DNA of 64,000 bases from NCBI RefSeq assembly GCF_044704955.1, contig NC_091991.1:33356001-33420000 (forward strand), in the 5' to 3' direction. The notes beneath the pieces were generated by a model. It searched no databases. It was not told the origin of the DNA and worked only from the letters and a program-made list of their open reading frames with translations. This document shows, piece after piece, positions 36,658-49,741 of this stretch. This DNA is from Pristiophorus japonicus. Taxonomy: Eukaryota. Numbering within the stretch: position 1 is the first letter of the stretch; each line of letters starts with the position of its first letter. The position numbers and the translations under genes were made by a program.

Positions 36658-37665
36658 AAGGAAGGACTTTTCCAACAATGATTACCTAGACTTAGCCCTT
36701 ACTCGATGCATATCGCAAGGGGTAAATGCCCACATAGAATGTGATGTTAACCATTTTAAATGTTGCTTTAGTGCCATACTTTTGAGGTGCAGGGACAAAA
36801 GTTGGAAGCTTTTGCTTCAATGCAAGTTGAGTGGTATTGTGCCAAGCTCGCATTTGAGATTGCAAAAGAGAAAAATCCATCATCTTTGGCAGCATTATTA
36901 AACTAACCATAAACAAAGCATTGCCAACACCTTATTATTTTGATAATGGATCGTCATTCGTGTTGCTCATTAGTCTGCAGCATGTTTGTGATTTTTAGCT
37001 GCTAGCCTTGCCTCTCCATTTAAGGCCATTCTTGTAAATAGTGTGCCAGGCAATTAGAAACTGATTGCAAGCTTCAAGCTCACCAGCTGGATTTTATCTT
37101 TTTAAAATTATTTTGCATTTGTAACAAAGTGGTATGTTTGGTATGTGATGGTATATGCTAAATGTAAGATATATATTATATATATAAAAATTGAACATTT
37201 AAAAACTTGACTTGCACAAGTAAGATTCAGAACAAAGAACAACCTTGTGTGCAAGCTGATTGCGCCATGGGAAAAAATGGGCAGAGAATGTGATCACATA
37301 AAGCATGGAAAAAATTCTGATATTTTGCAATGGAGAAAATAGAAACTTTTAGATTCCAAGTGGTACTTAACCTACTCATTCTCATCCTGAAATAAAGAAT
37401 ATATAATTCTTAAGGAAAATTGTACAAAAATTTAGTGTGATATTTTCATAGCTTACTGTTCCCAAGTCATATTATGTTAGTGGAAGAAAAAAATTGAAAC
37501 AATCAAAAAAATTATCACGTGAATGTTCAAATCCACATGGCAGCAGCTTCCCCATTTTCAAAGAAAGTAACAATTACTTAGAAAATCATCCCCCACATAA
37601 TTTAAATCAAAATGTTACATCGTTCTGCAAGCAGGAGCTAAAAATACTTGAGAAAAAGCTCTTAC

Positions 37666-37699
37666 CAGCAGTCGCCACAGTAGAAGCCTCCAGCAGGGT
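37666..37699 (-). CDS. TMBIM4: TMBIM4 exon 4 (34 bp)
   Basis: Acceptor ttctccacag, TLLEASTVATA, donor gtaaga. Confidence 0.92.
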
Positions 37700-37732
37700 C
37701 TGTGGAGAAAACATTTAATACTTTACTAAATA

Positions 37733-38100
37733 AAGAGACTTGCATTTATATAGCGCCTTTCATGACCTCCAACCGTCCCAAAGCACTTTACAGCCAAGGA
37801 AGTACTTTTTTTGAATTGTAGTACTGTTGTAATGTAGGAAATGCAGCAGCCAATTTGCACACAGCAAGCTTCCACAAACAGCAATGTGATAATGGCCAGA
37901 TAATTTTTTTTAGGTGATGTTAATTGAGGGATAAATATTGACCAGGACATCAGGTATAGCTCCCTTGCTCTTCTTTGAAATAGTGTAATGGGATCTTTTA
38001 CGTCCGGGCCATGGTTTAACGTCTCATCCAAAAGACAGCACCTCTGACAGTGCTGCATTTCCTCAGTACTGCACGGGAGTGTCAACCGAAATTTGTGCTT
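37733..38100 (-). mobile_element. Deu-domain SINE
   Basis: Reverse-complement similarity to the copy at 18715-19115 (GACTTGCATTTATATAGCGCCTTT). Confidence 0.75.
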
Positions 38101-39488
38101 AATGTTTAAAATGCGAGAAATGTCTGCATAAAATAACAACCTGAATGTGATATTTCCATATTTTATTTCAAATGGAGCCAATCTTTCTGTACTAAATTTC
38201 AAAACAAGTTGTCTACTGGACCAGGCTGGGTTGATTGATCTGAAATTCGTCAAGATAAAGGGGCTTCCTCCCCACCCTCACAAGAACAAACTTAATTGCA
38301 AATAGTCAAAACATCAAAACACTTACAATCCAGATGAAGCATAAACACTTTCTCATTAGTTTTGTATGCAATAATTGCAACTATTACTTCTTCAAACAGG
38401 GATAATTGCCAATTCTAACCTGAGGCTTTTGGACATAAAAAGCACTGTGGAATTCTCCTACAATTGTTAGTTGTAGCAGTAGACAAGTACTCCACAGCTG
38501 AACTAGATCCAAACTCCGTAGCTGAAATGAGATTTACATCAGATACACACAACAACCTATTTGGATGATATGTTCATCACTTGCCAGATCTTGTAAGAAA
38601 TTGTTGATTAAAAATGGCTATTTTAACCTTAAGGATGGATTCCGATGTTATTGTTAAAATATTATGTTGATTCAGAACCTTGCTGTGCCATTTGGATTAT
38701 GTACATCAAGTAATTTGTAAATAAATCTTGATTGTTACTTGTTAGATATGACACTTTTTCAGAGACAGAAGAATGTGGTGAGCATCCCTTGTGATCTTCA
38801 GTAAACAATATACTGCAATTAAGGGTCAATTGCAAAGCCTGGATTGGTAAACCTACAAAGATGTAGGTTTCAGTTCACAGGAGACTCAGTCTGCTAGTGG
38901 AAATTGCTTATAGACTTGAAGGCAAAAGAAATAGCCCTTACAGTCAACAGTTCAAAAGATTGTAATAGAGTATAAAATCATTACACAAATTCATTAAAAT
39001 TTTCAGTTTAGAATAATGCAAACTTGAACATTGCGACCAATGCCTGAGTTACAAGTCAAATCTGAGAAGCAATTAATCCTCAGCCTAATTCTCACAGTCC
39101 ACTGGTTTTATGAATATAAGCCAGGACTTGTATGTTCTCATTTGGCACTTTAAAAAAATATATATCAAAAATGACCATTATCTTATAAATATTAAGAACA
39201 GCAAGTTCCCAGTTTTCCGTGATGGTATTAAAAATATTTACAGAAGTCAAACAAAAAGCAACTGCTGATTCAAGGACTCCATAGGAACCAGTTTTGCTAG
39301 TGTTTGGCCAGACTTCTAGATCAAGCATTGCACAAATGACTCTGTCAATAAGAGAAACTGGCTAGACAAACTTTATTTTGTATGGGACCAAGCATTTGAT
39401 GTAAAAAGTTAAAAGCAGCTTAACTAAATGATATGCAATTAGAAAGTTTTTGTATAACCTCAATCCAATGAATTTGTTGAGTACTTAC

Positions 39489-39594
39489 AAAAGCAGACAG
39501 GAGATACAGATTAATGGGGTGCTGATGTCTGTAGATCGCCAGAGCAATTATGAGACCCAGAGATCCTAAACCTGCTACCAACACCAATGCCGGA
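39489..39594 (-). CDS. TMBIM4: TMBIM4 exon 3 (106 bp)
   Basis: (S)[35 protein letters not shown], donor gtaagt. Confidence 0.95.
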
Positions 39595-39884
39595 CTAGAA
39601 TAGGAACAAAGTAATACATTAGGAGCACATATATAAACAGAAAAATTATGTACATTTTATTAAATTTGAAATTACATAGTGGCAGCCTTCAATAGAAGAA
39701 CATTTGGACTCTATTTCTGATAACCTTAGAGCTGGAATTGAATAGACCTGAATTACAGAATGTTGAATGGACATGTCACATCTCAAATTGGTCAAAACAA
39801 AAAAAGAATTATGGAAATACTTAACCTAAAAAGAGAACTAATATATCAGTATGTTACTTGTTATATAATTAATGGGATAGTTAC

Positions 39885-39993
39885 CTTGCATGGACAAAAT
39901 CCTTGACTGTATCACTGTACATGAAAACAGCAGACATCACAGTGGTCAGAATAATCTGGACAGACAAGATGCTGTACACCTTCCGCAGAAATC
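39885..39993 (-). CDS. TMBIM4: TMBIM4 exon 2 (109 bp)
   Basis: (G)[35 protein letters not shown]. Confidence 0.96.
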
Positions 39994-42500
39994 CTGTCAC
40001 AAGGAAATAACTGACATTAAGCAGAAAGCACCTGGAGGCAACAATTGTTAAACAAGGAAAATTATGTAACCAGTGATGTTCAGCATTGCCAACTCTCGCA
40101 AATTAATCGCGAGACATGCGATTTTTAGTTAAATTTTACCCCAACTCGTGATCTTGCCATTTGAACTGTGAAAACTCAATTTTTTTCTGCTGTATTAATC
40201 TTCATCACACCTCCTGTGATTGGCTGCTGCTGGGATACACGAGGTCTCAACCAGGGGTCTGCAAGTTCGTTTGTTCTGAAGTCTCCCCTGCTCCCGTGTA
40301 TCCGAGACAATTGGAATCGACTCAGATACAAAGACCCATTTGCAATGAGTGTTGGGTGAGTTCACTGGCTTGAGGATTATCATGGCAAGATTTTTTTTTA
40401 AATTGAAACTTGAGGGCCGGGCATGTGTCTCCATTCATCTTCAGCTTCTTGGAACCAGTTTCAGAGCTTGGGGCTGTTTTTTTTTTTAACTCCTTCACAT
40501 CTGCCCCTCTGAAACTGTAAATTATGTGGAAAGGAATCCAAGTAGCTCCAGGGAGTGTCTCGGCCAAAGTTGGTGGTTCACCGGTGGTGGAGAGCAACAG
40601 TGACCAAGTTGGTTGTTGTTTTCGCCAGGAAAGGCAGTGCAGAGGAGTGGGCGGGGAAGATCGCTAGTGTCAGCAGCCTCGGAGTCTGGGTCTTCTTGCA
40701 AGCGGCAGCTGGTGGCTGCTCGACTCCTCATGGTGCGGTGGACAGGATGGGACTGGCGGCACCCACTCTAGAAAGGACTCTGGTAAATGAGGTTAATTTG
40801 CCCCATCCCAGTAGTTTCGGTGGACCCGTGGGGATTAAGCGTGGGGTGTACAAGGTGGAAGAAGTGGGGGTAAAATGAGTGGGGGAACACATCAATCCCC
40901 TTTTTGGCTGTATGTGCAGTGGATACTTTAATAATGTGTCTATTTAGTGAGCGCCCCATCAACAAAAAGTGCGGCACCATGTAGCCTTTGGGGGTGGGGG
41001 CGGAAAAAAAGAGATTTGCCAGTATCTGGGCCTGCAGCAAGGCCGTAACCCAGTACTGAGATTAGAGGGAATGGAGGCTTCAAGACCAATTGTAGCATCT
41101 CTACTGCCACCTAGCGCAGATCTGTTAACTCAACAAAGGCCAGGGATCAAACCCAGGTACCTCCCTGCACTTACATGAGGTAAAACAAAAATACTAAATA
41201 TATGCTTAATTATATAACTAATTTTTATACAGAAAAAATACTCTGTTACGGGGATCCATGAACTTTTTTAATCACACGGGAGCGGGCCTCGGAAGCAAGA
41301 GGCCCGAGGATCGATAGAAATCGGTCCTCGGCCCGCATCTGCATACTCAGGGCGAGCTGCCAACACTGGCCATGCCTCCATTGCCAGCTTGCTCGAGCGA
41401 AGACTTCAAAGCCACCACAAGCCCTCAGGCAAGTTATGGAGGGGGGGGGGGGAAGGAAAAATTGCAACTCCTGTCTCCACAGGAAGATGTTTTTGATTTT
41501 TTTCCCCCGAAACTTACCTTTGGTTGGCAGCTGCAGGGACTGTATTGCAAGGTGGTTATGTTGGGCACCAGATAAAGGGTGGTGATAATGGGTAGGATTT
41601 TAAAAACTTTTTCATAAAGCATCATCAGATGCAGTAAAGAGGTGTGACCCGTTAAGAGATTAAATAAAACCACTAATGAGGTTTATGAACCAACTGTCAA
41701 TTTGTGTTTGTTTGTTTGAAAAATAAAGCAACTCATGATCTCTATTCCAACTCATGATTTTTAAGAGCATGTCTCCTAATTTATCGGGCAGTGAAGTTGA
41801 CAATACTGGGTGAATTCTCTCCAAACTACAGTATTGTTTGCCATTGGGGGTGAACCATTCCACATCTTCCCTACACTTCTCCCACAACCTCCAGCTCATA
41901 GATCAACTACCACTACCAGGCTCCACGACACCTTCCAGAATATTTGGTCATTCACAAACAAGCCCCTTGCCATCCACAACCTGTCATAAGCCCAATGACA
42001 TCCTGACGCTTACCAAAACATGGCTCACAAGTGGGGATTCTGACATCAACAAAGCTTCCCTTCCAGGTCACATATTTCACCATTTTGTCTGGCCTGGTGG
42101 TGTGGTCTTGTAAAGCGCCATAACGGGTTTTATATGCCATATTGATTTGAAATTATATTTTCAAAAGCCAGAGCTCATTAAATATAATGCAATACTCCCA
42201 GTGGACCGTCCCATTTCTTTAAAATCTAGACTCCCAATTCAGACATGGAAGAAGTGTTTGTGCCTATGCTTTTCAAAGATAAGCAAGTTTCTACGATCCT
42301 AAAAGCACAGGTTCTCAAATATCGAGCAGCTCAGGGAGTGACAGGGCGCGGTACCAGCTCTCCCCGGCCGGTAGCGGGCCCGGCACCAGCGCCCTTCATT
42401 CGGTCAGCTGCTACGCAGTTCCAGCAGTGTCGGGCCCGGGAGCGCCTGCCGCTGCCTCACAATATTTGATTATTATTTCCGCCCTCTCTCTCTCTCTTAC

Positions 42501-42585
42501 CCATCCGGATATCGACGCTGGCGGACGCCACGCTAGTGCCATAGTTGAAGTCATCCTCGATGGAGGATCTGGGGTAGGAATCCAT
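42501..42585 (-). CDS. TMBIM4: TMBIM4 exon 1 (Lifeguard 4 / GAAP); spliced CDS 705 nt, 234 aa
   Basis: [28 protein letters not shown], donor gtaaga. Matches the TMBIM4 N-terminus. Confidence 0.97.
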
Positions 42586-42599
42586 CGCTCAAAACCTCC

Positions 42600-42705
42600 G
42601 ACTCCCAACACACGTCACCACCCAACTCCGAGAAGCCACTTCCGGGTCAGGCAGGATGACCTCGGTGATGACGTACTCCAACTCAACAGCAACCGGAACT
42701 TGTCC
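42600..42705 (-). promoter_or_regulatory. TMBIM4: TMBIM4 proximal promoter / 5'UTR
   Basis: CpG-rich; ETS sites ACTTCCGG at 42638-42645 and ACCGGAAC at 42692; CRE-like TGACGT at 42669 and CACGTCA at 42611. Confidence 0.6.
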
Positions 42706-42736
42706 CATTGTCATCTCCTTTTGTTTTGTCCAATCA

Positions 42737-42990
42737 TACATAGGAACATCGGAACAGGAGTAGGCCATTTAGCCCCTGAACCTGTTCGCCGTTCACTGAG
42801 ATCATGGCTGATCTGCGACCTAACTCCATATACCCGCCTTTGCCCCATACCTGTGCCTTTGGTTAACAAAAATCTGAGATTCAAAATTAACAATGATCTA
42901 GCATCAATTGTCATTTATGGAAGAGAATTCCAAACTTCTCCCACCCTTTGTGTGCAGAAGTGTTTCCTAATTTCACTCCTGACAGGTCCG
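42737..42990 (-). mobile_element. CR1 3' fragment
   Basis: Reverse tail ACATAGGAACATCGGAACAGGAGTAGGCC. Confidence 0.75.
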
Positions 42991-42999
42991 GCTCATTTA

Positions 43000-43235
43000 A
43001 TCACTCCTGCCTTCTATCCTATCACAGAACTTCTTTGTTCTTTCCTCCCCTTCCCCCCATCCCTGCCTCTACACTTGCTTAAAACGTGTTACATCTCTAA
43101 CTTTTTCCAGTTTTGACGAAAGATCGTTGACCTGACACGTTTACTCTCTCCACAGACGCTGCCTGACCTGCTGAGTATTTCCGGCATTTTCTGTTTTTAT
43201 TTCAGATTTCCAGCATCTGCATTATTTTGCTTTTG
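43000..43235 (+). mobile_element. Penelope-like element end; related pieces at 47135-47600, 54135-54240 and 61300-61800
   Basis: CTCTCCACAGACGCTGCCTGACCTGCTGAGTATTTCC. GIY-YIG remnant NLVYYTRCSRCGLYIGETK at ~61718-61775. Confidence 0.65.
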
Positions 43236-43490
43236 AACAACTAGAGCTTCTTATTACGGTAAATGGCCCCAAGTGCACTTCACAGAAGTGAAGTTAGACA
43301 AAAATCAACAAAACTAGGAATTATTCAGAATCATTTGGTCAAAGAGGTGTTTTTTTTTAAAGGAGGATCTTAAAGGATTAAAGGGAATTGGGGGAGATTA
43401 GGGAGGGAATTCCAGAAAGAGGGACCTAGGTAGCTGAAGACACTGGTGCCAGTAGAGGGGCAAAGGGTGAGGGGGAAATGCACACGAGCT

Positions 43491-45175
43491 CATAGAAACA
43501 TAGAAAATAGGTGCCGGAGTAGGCCATTCGGCTTTTCGAGCCTCCACCGCCATTCAATGAGTTCATGGCTGAACATGCAACTTCAGTACCCCATTCCTGC
43601 TTTCTTGCCATACCCCTTGATCCCCCGAAGTAGTAAGGACTTCATCTAACTCCTTTTTGAATATATTTAGTGAATTGGCCTCAACAACTTTCTGTGGTAG
43701 AGAATTCCACAGGTTCACCTCTCTCTGGATGAAGAAGTTTCTCCTCATCTCGGTCTTAAATGGCTTTCCCCTTATCCTTAGACTGTGACCCCTGCTTCTG
43801 GACTTCCCCAACATTGGGAACATTCTTCCTGCATCTAACCTGTCTGAACCCATCAGAATTTTAACGTTTCTATGAGATCCCCTCTCATTCTTTTGAACTC
43901 CAGTGAATACAAGCCCAGTTGGTCCAGTCTTGCTTGATATGTCAGTCCCGCCATCCCAGGAATAAGTCTGGTGAACCTTTGTTGCACTCCCTCAATAGCA
44001 AGAATGTCCTTCCTCGAGTTAGGAGACCAAAACTGTACACAATACTCCAGGTGTGGCCTCACCAAGGCCCTGTACAACTGTAGTAACACCTCCCTGCCCC
44101 TGTACTCAAATCCCCTCGCTATGAAGGCCAACATGCCATTTGTTTTCTTAACCGCCTGCTGTACCTGCATGCCAACCTTCAATGACTGATGTACCATGAC
44201 ACCCAGGTCTCGTTGCACCTCCCCTTTTCCTAATCTGTCAGCATTCAGATAACAGTCTGTCTCTCTGTTTTTACCACCAAAGTGGATAACCTCACATTTA
44301 TCCACATTATACTTCATCTGCCATGCATTTGCCCACTCACCTAACCTATCCAAGTCACTCTGCAGCCTCATAGCATCCTCCTCACAGCTCACACTGCTAA
44401 CCAACTTAGTGTCATCCGCAAATTTGGAGATACTACATTTAATCCCCTCGTCTAAATCATTAATGTACAATGTAAACAGCTGGGGTCCCAGCACAGAACC
44501 TTGCGGTACCCCACTAATCACTGCCTGCCATTCTGAAAAGTACCCGTTTACTCCTACTCTTTGCTTCCTGTCTGCCAACCAGTTCTCAATCCACGTCAGC
44601 ACACTACCCCCAATCCCATGTGCTTTAACTTTGCACATTAATCTCTTGTGTGGGACCTTGTGGAAAGCCTTCTGAAAGTCCAAATACATCACATCAACTG
44701 GTTCTCCCTTGTCCACTCTACTGGAAACATCCTCAAAAAAATCCAGAAGATTTGTCAAGCATGATTTCCCTTTCACAAATTCATGCTGACTTGGACCTAT
44801 CATGTCACCTCTTTCCAAATGCGCTGCTATGACATCCTTAATGATTGATTCCATCATTTTACCCACTACCGATGTCAGGCTGACCAGTCTATAATTCCCT
44901 GTTTTCTCTCTCCCTCTTTTTTTAAAAAGTGGGGTTACATTGGCTAACCTCCACTCCATAGGAACTGATCCAGAATCTATGGAATGTTGGAAAATGACTG
45001 TCAATGCATCCGCTATTTCCAAGGCCACCTCCTTAAGTACTCTGGGATGCAGACCATCAGGCCCTGGGGATTTATCGGCCTTCAATCCCATTAATTTCCC
45101 CAACACAATTTCCCGACTAATAAGGATTTCCCTCAGTTCCTCCTTCTTACTAGACCCTCTGACCCCTTTTATATC
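43491..45175 (-). mobile_element. 5'-truncated CR1 (RT ORF 43853-45106, one frameshift) inserted in an L2 fragment (43245-43490 and 45176-45770)
   Basis: 417-aa RT ORF plus a 96-aa continuation; reverse tail at 43491. Confidence 0.93.
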
Positions 45176-45771
45176 AGAGTGGGGAGGGTTGTAGGATGGA
45201 GGAGGTTACAGAGAGGAGCAAGGCCATGAAACAATTCAAACACAAGTGTGAGTAGTTTAAATTTGAGGTGTTAGAGGATCAGAAGCTAATGTAGGTCAGC
45301 GACCACCGGTGTGATGGGTGAGTGGGACTTGTGGGATAGGATATGGGCAACAGAGTTTTGAATGGGTTGAAGCTTAGAGAGCTTGGAGGATGGGAGTCCA
45401 GCCATCAGAACTGGAGGTGACAAAAGTGTAGGTGAGGGTTTCAGCAGCAAATGGGTTGAGGGAGGTGAGCAATCTTATGGAAATCAGGAAGGTGGTAACA
45501 AGGATTGATCATTGAGGGTTTCCAGAATAGTGTTCTTGCTACAACTGAAACAGGTAAGATAGGAACCAAGCAAGAGCAGCCCCACTGAGCTGGATAATGG
45601 AGGACAGGCATTGGAGCATAATGTTACGGTCAACTGTCAAAGGTTGAGAAGAGCACGTGGAGGCAAACTGCACCATGGTCACAGTCACAGAGGATGATAT
45701 TTGTGACTTGATTATGACGCTCTGGTAGGGATGGAAATCTGATCGGAGAGATTAAAGCATGGAATCCATGG

Positions 45772-46140
45772 TAACCTATCTGAGTCTAACCCCACTCTAA
45801 TCCAGACTAACCTAATCCAATCCAACTCAACTGCATTTCAGCCCAATCCGACTAACTGACTTAAATCCAGAGTAACCTAACCCAGAGCCGCTCCAATTCA
45901 ATCTAATTTAGCCCAGTCCAACTGCACCAATTCAGACTAATTTAACCCGACTCCAGTCAACACTATGTTAGCTCAGTACACCTCCATTCCAGACAAATCT
46001 AACCCAGTTTAACTCCACTTCAATCCAATCCATGCTGATCTATCAACTTCACTCCAATCTAAATCTGACCAGATCAGTCGAACAATTCCGTTCTGTTTCA
46101 ATCACTTTGTCCAGTTAATTGAGGCTAGTCTAATCCAGGG
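45772..46140. repeat. Highly degenerate 5-nt-period (AAYCY-type) simple repeat
   Basis: Runs such as AACCTAATCCAATCCAACTCAACTG and AATCTAACCCAGTTTAACTCC. Confidence 0.7.
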
Positions 46141-47680
46141 CAATAAAATGCTGGCAGTCTATTTCTCCCCAATTTAACTCAATGCAGGTTCATTCAAAAG
46201 AAAGAAAAAGACTTGCATTTACATAGTGCCTTTCACTACTTCAGGGCATCCCAAAGCTCTTTATGGCCAATGAAGCACTTTTTGAAGTGCTGTCATGAAG
46301 GAAATTCAATTTTGTTTAATCTAGTCCAATCCAGTCAAAAAAACAAATTTACTCTATTGACGGCTCCACCGGAGAAACATTGGCCTGGATTTTGCGGTCA
46401 GCGGCAAATGAATGCCGCTTGTCGTTCATTACACTTGCCCACAGACTTTGTGGGCTTTTGCTTTGTGATTTACAGTAATTAGAGAGTTAAAACAGCATGA
46501 AGCCCTCAACAGGGGATCTGAGACCTGTATGAACAGGGCAGGCAACAGTGTATCTTCTTAACCAATCAGATTGAAGAATCTTTACTGAGGCACCACAGAG
46601 TCTAAACCAGGAAATATGTTTGAATATTGAATTCAACATACACAAAAAGCAAAATAAAGAGGTAAAGAAATGATGGGATTAAGAGAGAGAGAGCTAAAAG
46701 AGACAGAAAGAAAAAGTTTTAAAAAGTTTAATGTTTAAGATGCTTAGTACCCATTAATATTCTGTCTATGAAAGCATTCCAACAGCAATCTGTTATGATA
46801 TTTAGCTTTTCCCAATATATATCACTTTTTTCAGAAGCTTTTTTAAGGAGATCACTAGCATGGTGGCTAGGGGGTGTTTATGGATGTTGCCTATATGGAC
46901 TTACAGAAGGCATTTGATAATGTTCTGCACAAGAAATTATTAGCAAAATAAGCACACAGAATTGGAAGTAACCTTGTGACATGGGTTGGTAATTGGTTAG
47001 CGGGTAGGAGACAGAGAATAGCGACAAAGGGAATGTTTTCTGATTGACAGGTTGCAACAAGTGGTGTACCACAGAGATCTGTACTGGGGTGTCCGCTTTT
47101 TTCCATTAACATTAATGACTTGGATGAAGGAAGTTTTCAAGGTGGGAGAGGGGTGGGGAGGGCGGAGGAAAGAGCAAAAGGGAAAGTCTGTGATAGAATA
47201 GAAAGCATGAGTGACTAGATGACAAAAGGGATGATGGTGCAAAGCAAAAGGGATGGTAATGGGATCGATAAAGAAACAAAAGATAGGCCCAGCATACCTG
47301 TAAATGACAACAGCAGAATCATTATCAGCACCTACTGTCAGAAAACATTGGAGCAGTGGTTATGATCTGAAAAAAATTGAACTCAATGTTAAAGTGCCTA
47401 ATCGAAAGATGAGGTGCTGGCCCTCGAGCTTTTGTTGAGCTTCATTGAATCATAGAAATTTATGGCACAGAAAGAGGCCATTTGATCCATCGTGTCTGTG
47501 CCGTGGACATTGAAACAGTGTATGAGGCCGTGGACAGAGAGGAAGGGGGCGGAGAATTAAAATGACAAACGACCGGAAACTCAGGGTCATGCTTGCAGAC
47601 TGATCTGCAGTTGAAGCCCCTATTAATTCAGTCTCACAACTTGTCCAAGACAGAAGAGATAATGCAGACCAGATCCTGTA

Positions 47681-48225
47681 TAAGAACATAAGAAACAGGA
47701 GCAGGAGTAGGCCATACGGCTCCTCGAGCCTGCTCCGCCATTCAATAAGATCATGGCTGATCTGATCATGGGCTCAGCTCCATTTCCCTGCCCGCTCCCC
47801 ATAACCTCTTAACATTTAAGAAACTGTCTATTTCTGTCTTAAATTTATTCAATGTCCCAGCTTCAACAGCTCTCTGAGGCAGCGAATTCCAGATTTGCAA
47901 CACTCTGAGAAGAAATTTCTCCTCATCTCAGTTTTAAATGGGTGGCCCCTTATTCTAAGATCATGCCCTCTAGTTCTAGTCTCCCCCATCAGTGGAAACA
48001 TCCTCTCTGCATCCACCTTGTCAAGCCCCCTCATAATCTTATACGTTTCGATAAGATCCCTCTCATTCTTCTCAGTTCCAATGAGTAGAGGCCCAACCTA
48101 CTCAACCTTTCCTCATAAGTCAAACCCCTCATCTCCAGAACCAACCGAGTGAACCTTCTCTGAACTGCCTCCAAAGCAAGTATATCCTTTCATAAATATG
48201 GAAACCAAAACTGCACGCAGTATTG
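47681..48225 (-). mobile_element. CR1 3' fragment
   Basis: MRGLDKVDAERMFPLMGETRTRGH and reverse tail TAAGAACATAAGAA. Confidence 0.88.
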
Positions 48226-49287
48226 CATGGCCCCAGTATGAGCATCCCTGAGAGATGCTACTATTGATGCCAAAATCCTGCATGGAGAACTCAGCTGCAG
48301 CGTCCATGGAGATGACCTTTCGCTCCATGAGTTGACTGCAGTGCATCTAAGCCATGTGCAACTCACACAAGTTGGTAGTGGACTCCTCCACACTTGCTAG
48401 CATGTTGCAGAGGTTCCCTAGCAAGCAGTTCAACGCATTCAGTAATTTCTGGTGCATAGAAAGTATTTTTCTTTTAAAGTCTGCATTTTTGCTCTCTATA
48501 ATTAAGCAAGGATATGAGCTCTCATGAGGTATCGTGGATGTGAACTAATGAGGAACAAGGGGACGTAGACCGACGATTCTCACTGGAAGAACCATGGGGA
48601 AATGAAAAAGAAAGTTCTTGAACGAAGGGCTAATCTATTACAGGATGCTTCATAACAAGTAGCTATTGAGGTAGAGACTAGAACATCGTTTAAAAGGGAG
48701 TGGGATAAATATTTCAAAAGGAACAATGGAAAAGGATCGAGATCGAGATCGTGGGGTAGGAGAGAGCGCCAGTGACTGGGGAAACCTACTGCTCCTTGTG
48801 CAGTGCAGGGGGATTCTGGGAATAGTTTCAGGTGAATATTAGCAGGTTATAGGATTACTACTGGTTACAGGTAGGAAATCAGGGCTTTACATCTATTACA
48901 ACCTGTTACATATAATCTTATCAGTGAGTTATTGCATTACTGCTGGTTATGAGGGAAATCTGATTGTTACAAATGTTACAATTAGTTATTGCTGGAATCA
49001 AAGTTCCTCCCACCTCTTGTTTTCCCTCTGTGAACCGCTCCCCCACCTTCGGTTCGGTTTCCCTTATTCGCCGGCTTGCAGGTGGCCTCCTGGTTCTTGG
49101 AACAACTCCCACAACAGCTGCTGGTGCAAAAGCAGGAGCAAAGACACTTAACTACAGGGTGTCCAACTTTATAAGGTAAATACACTAACATGTGCAGACC
49201 TCATGTGGTCAGAATGTCACGTGATGAAACCTCCACCCACCAGGAATGCCTCCAACCAGAGTTGGCAACCCTATCTTTACATATATT

Positions 49288-49497
49288 TGTTGTGTATGAA
49301 GAAAGAGTCAGACTGAACACTGAGCTCAAAGTAATGTGTGACCTTAGTCTTTTATTGCAGGTCTCCAGAGTGCCTCTCCAACCTGTGAAGCCTCCTTAAA
49401 TACCTGTGCTCCCAAGGGATTATGGGATCCCTTGGGACTCCAGGGGATGAGCCTTCTGGTGGCTGGACAGAGTAAATACAAGTTTACATATTTAACA
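49288..49497 (-). repeat. 3' LTR (210 bp)
   Basis: Direct repeat of 52597-52806. Confidence 0.92.
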
Positions 49498-49625
49498 ACA
49501 CTCCTTCCCGCCAAAGTCAATAGTGTAACTATTTACAATGTAAGTCGATCTGGGGCCCTTCTTGCCCTGGTTGATCATCTCGGTGTGAAAGCTGGGGTTG
49601 TTGAAACATTTGTTGGGCCCTCGCA

Positions 49626-49741
49626 GGGCTGCTGTGCAGCTGGCCTTGCTGGACTGCCTGGTGTGTTGGGCCCTGCTGGGCTGCTGTGCAGCTGGCCTTG
49701 CTGGGCTGCCTGGTGTGTTGGGCCCTGCTGGGCTGCTGTGG
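49626..49741. repeat. 52-bp tandem repeat in the Gypsy 3' region
   Basis: GGGCTGCTGTG at 49626, 49678 and 49730. Confidence 0.9.

Noticed and set aside
42427-43116. 229-aa plus-strand ORF antisense to TMBIM4 exon 1
   Set aside because: It runs through a GC-rich promoter and CR1/Penelope fragments, has a non-ATG start and shows no recognisable domain.
48225-48480. Possible IRAK3 remnant
   Set aside because: The coding-like frame is on the minus strand (KILSMHQKLLNALNCLLGNL..) and shows no death-domain or kinase motif. It looks more like a Harbinger accessory-ORF coiled-coil relic.
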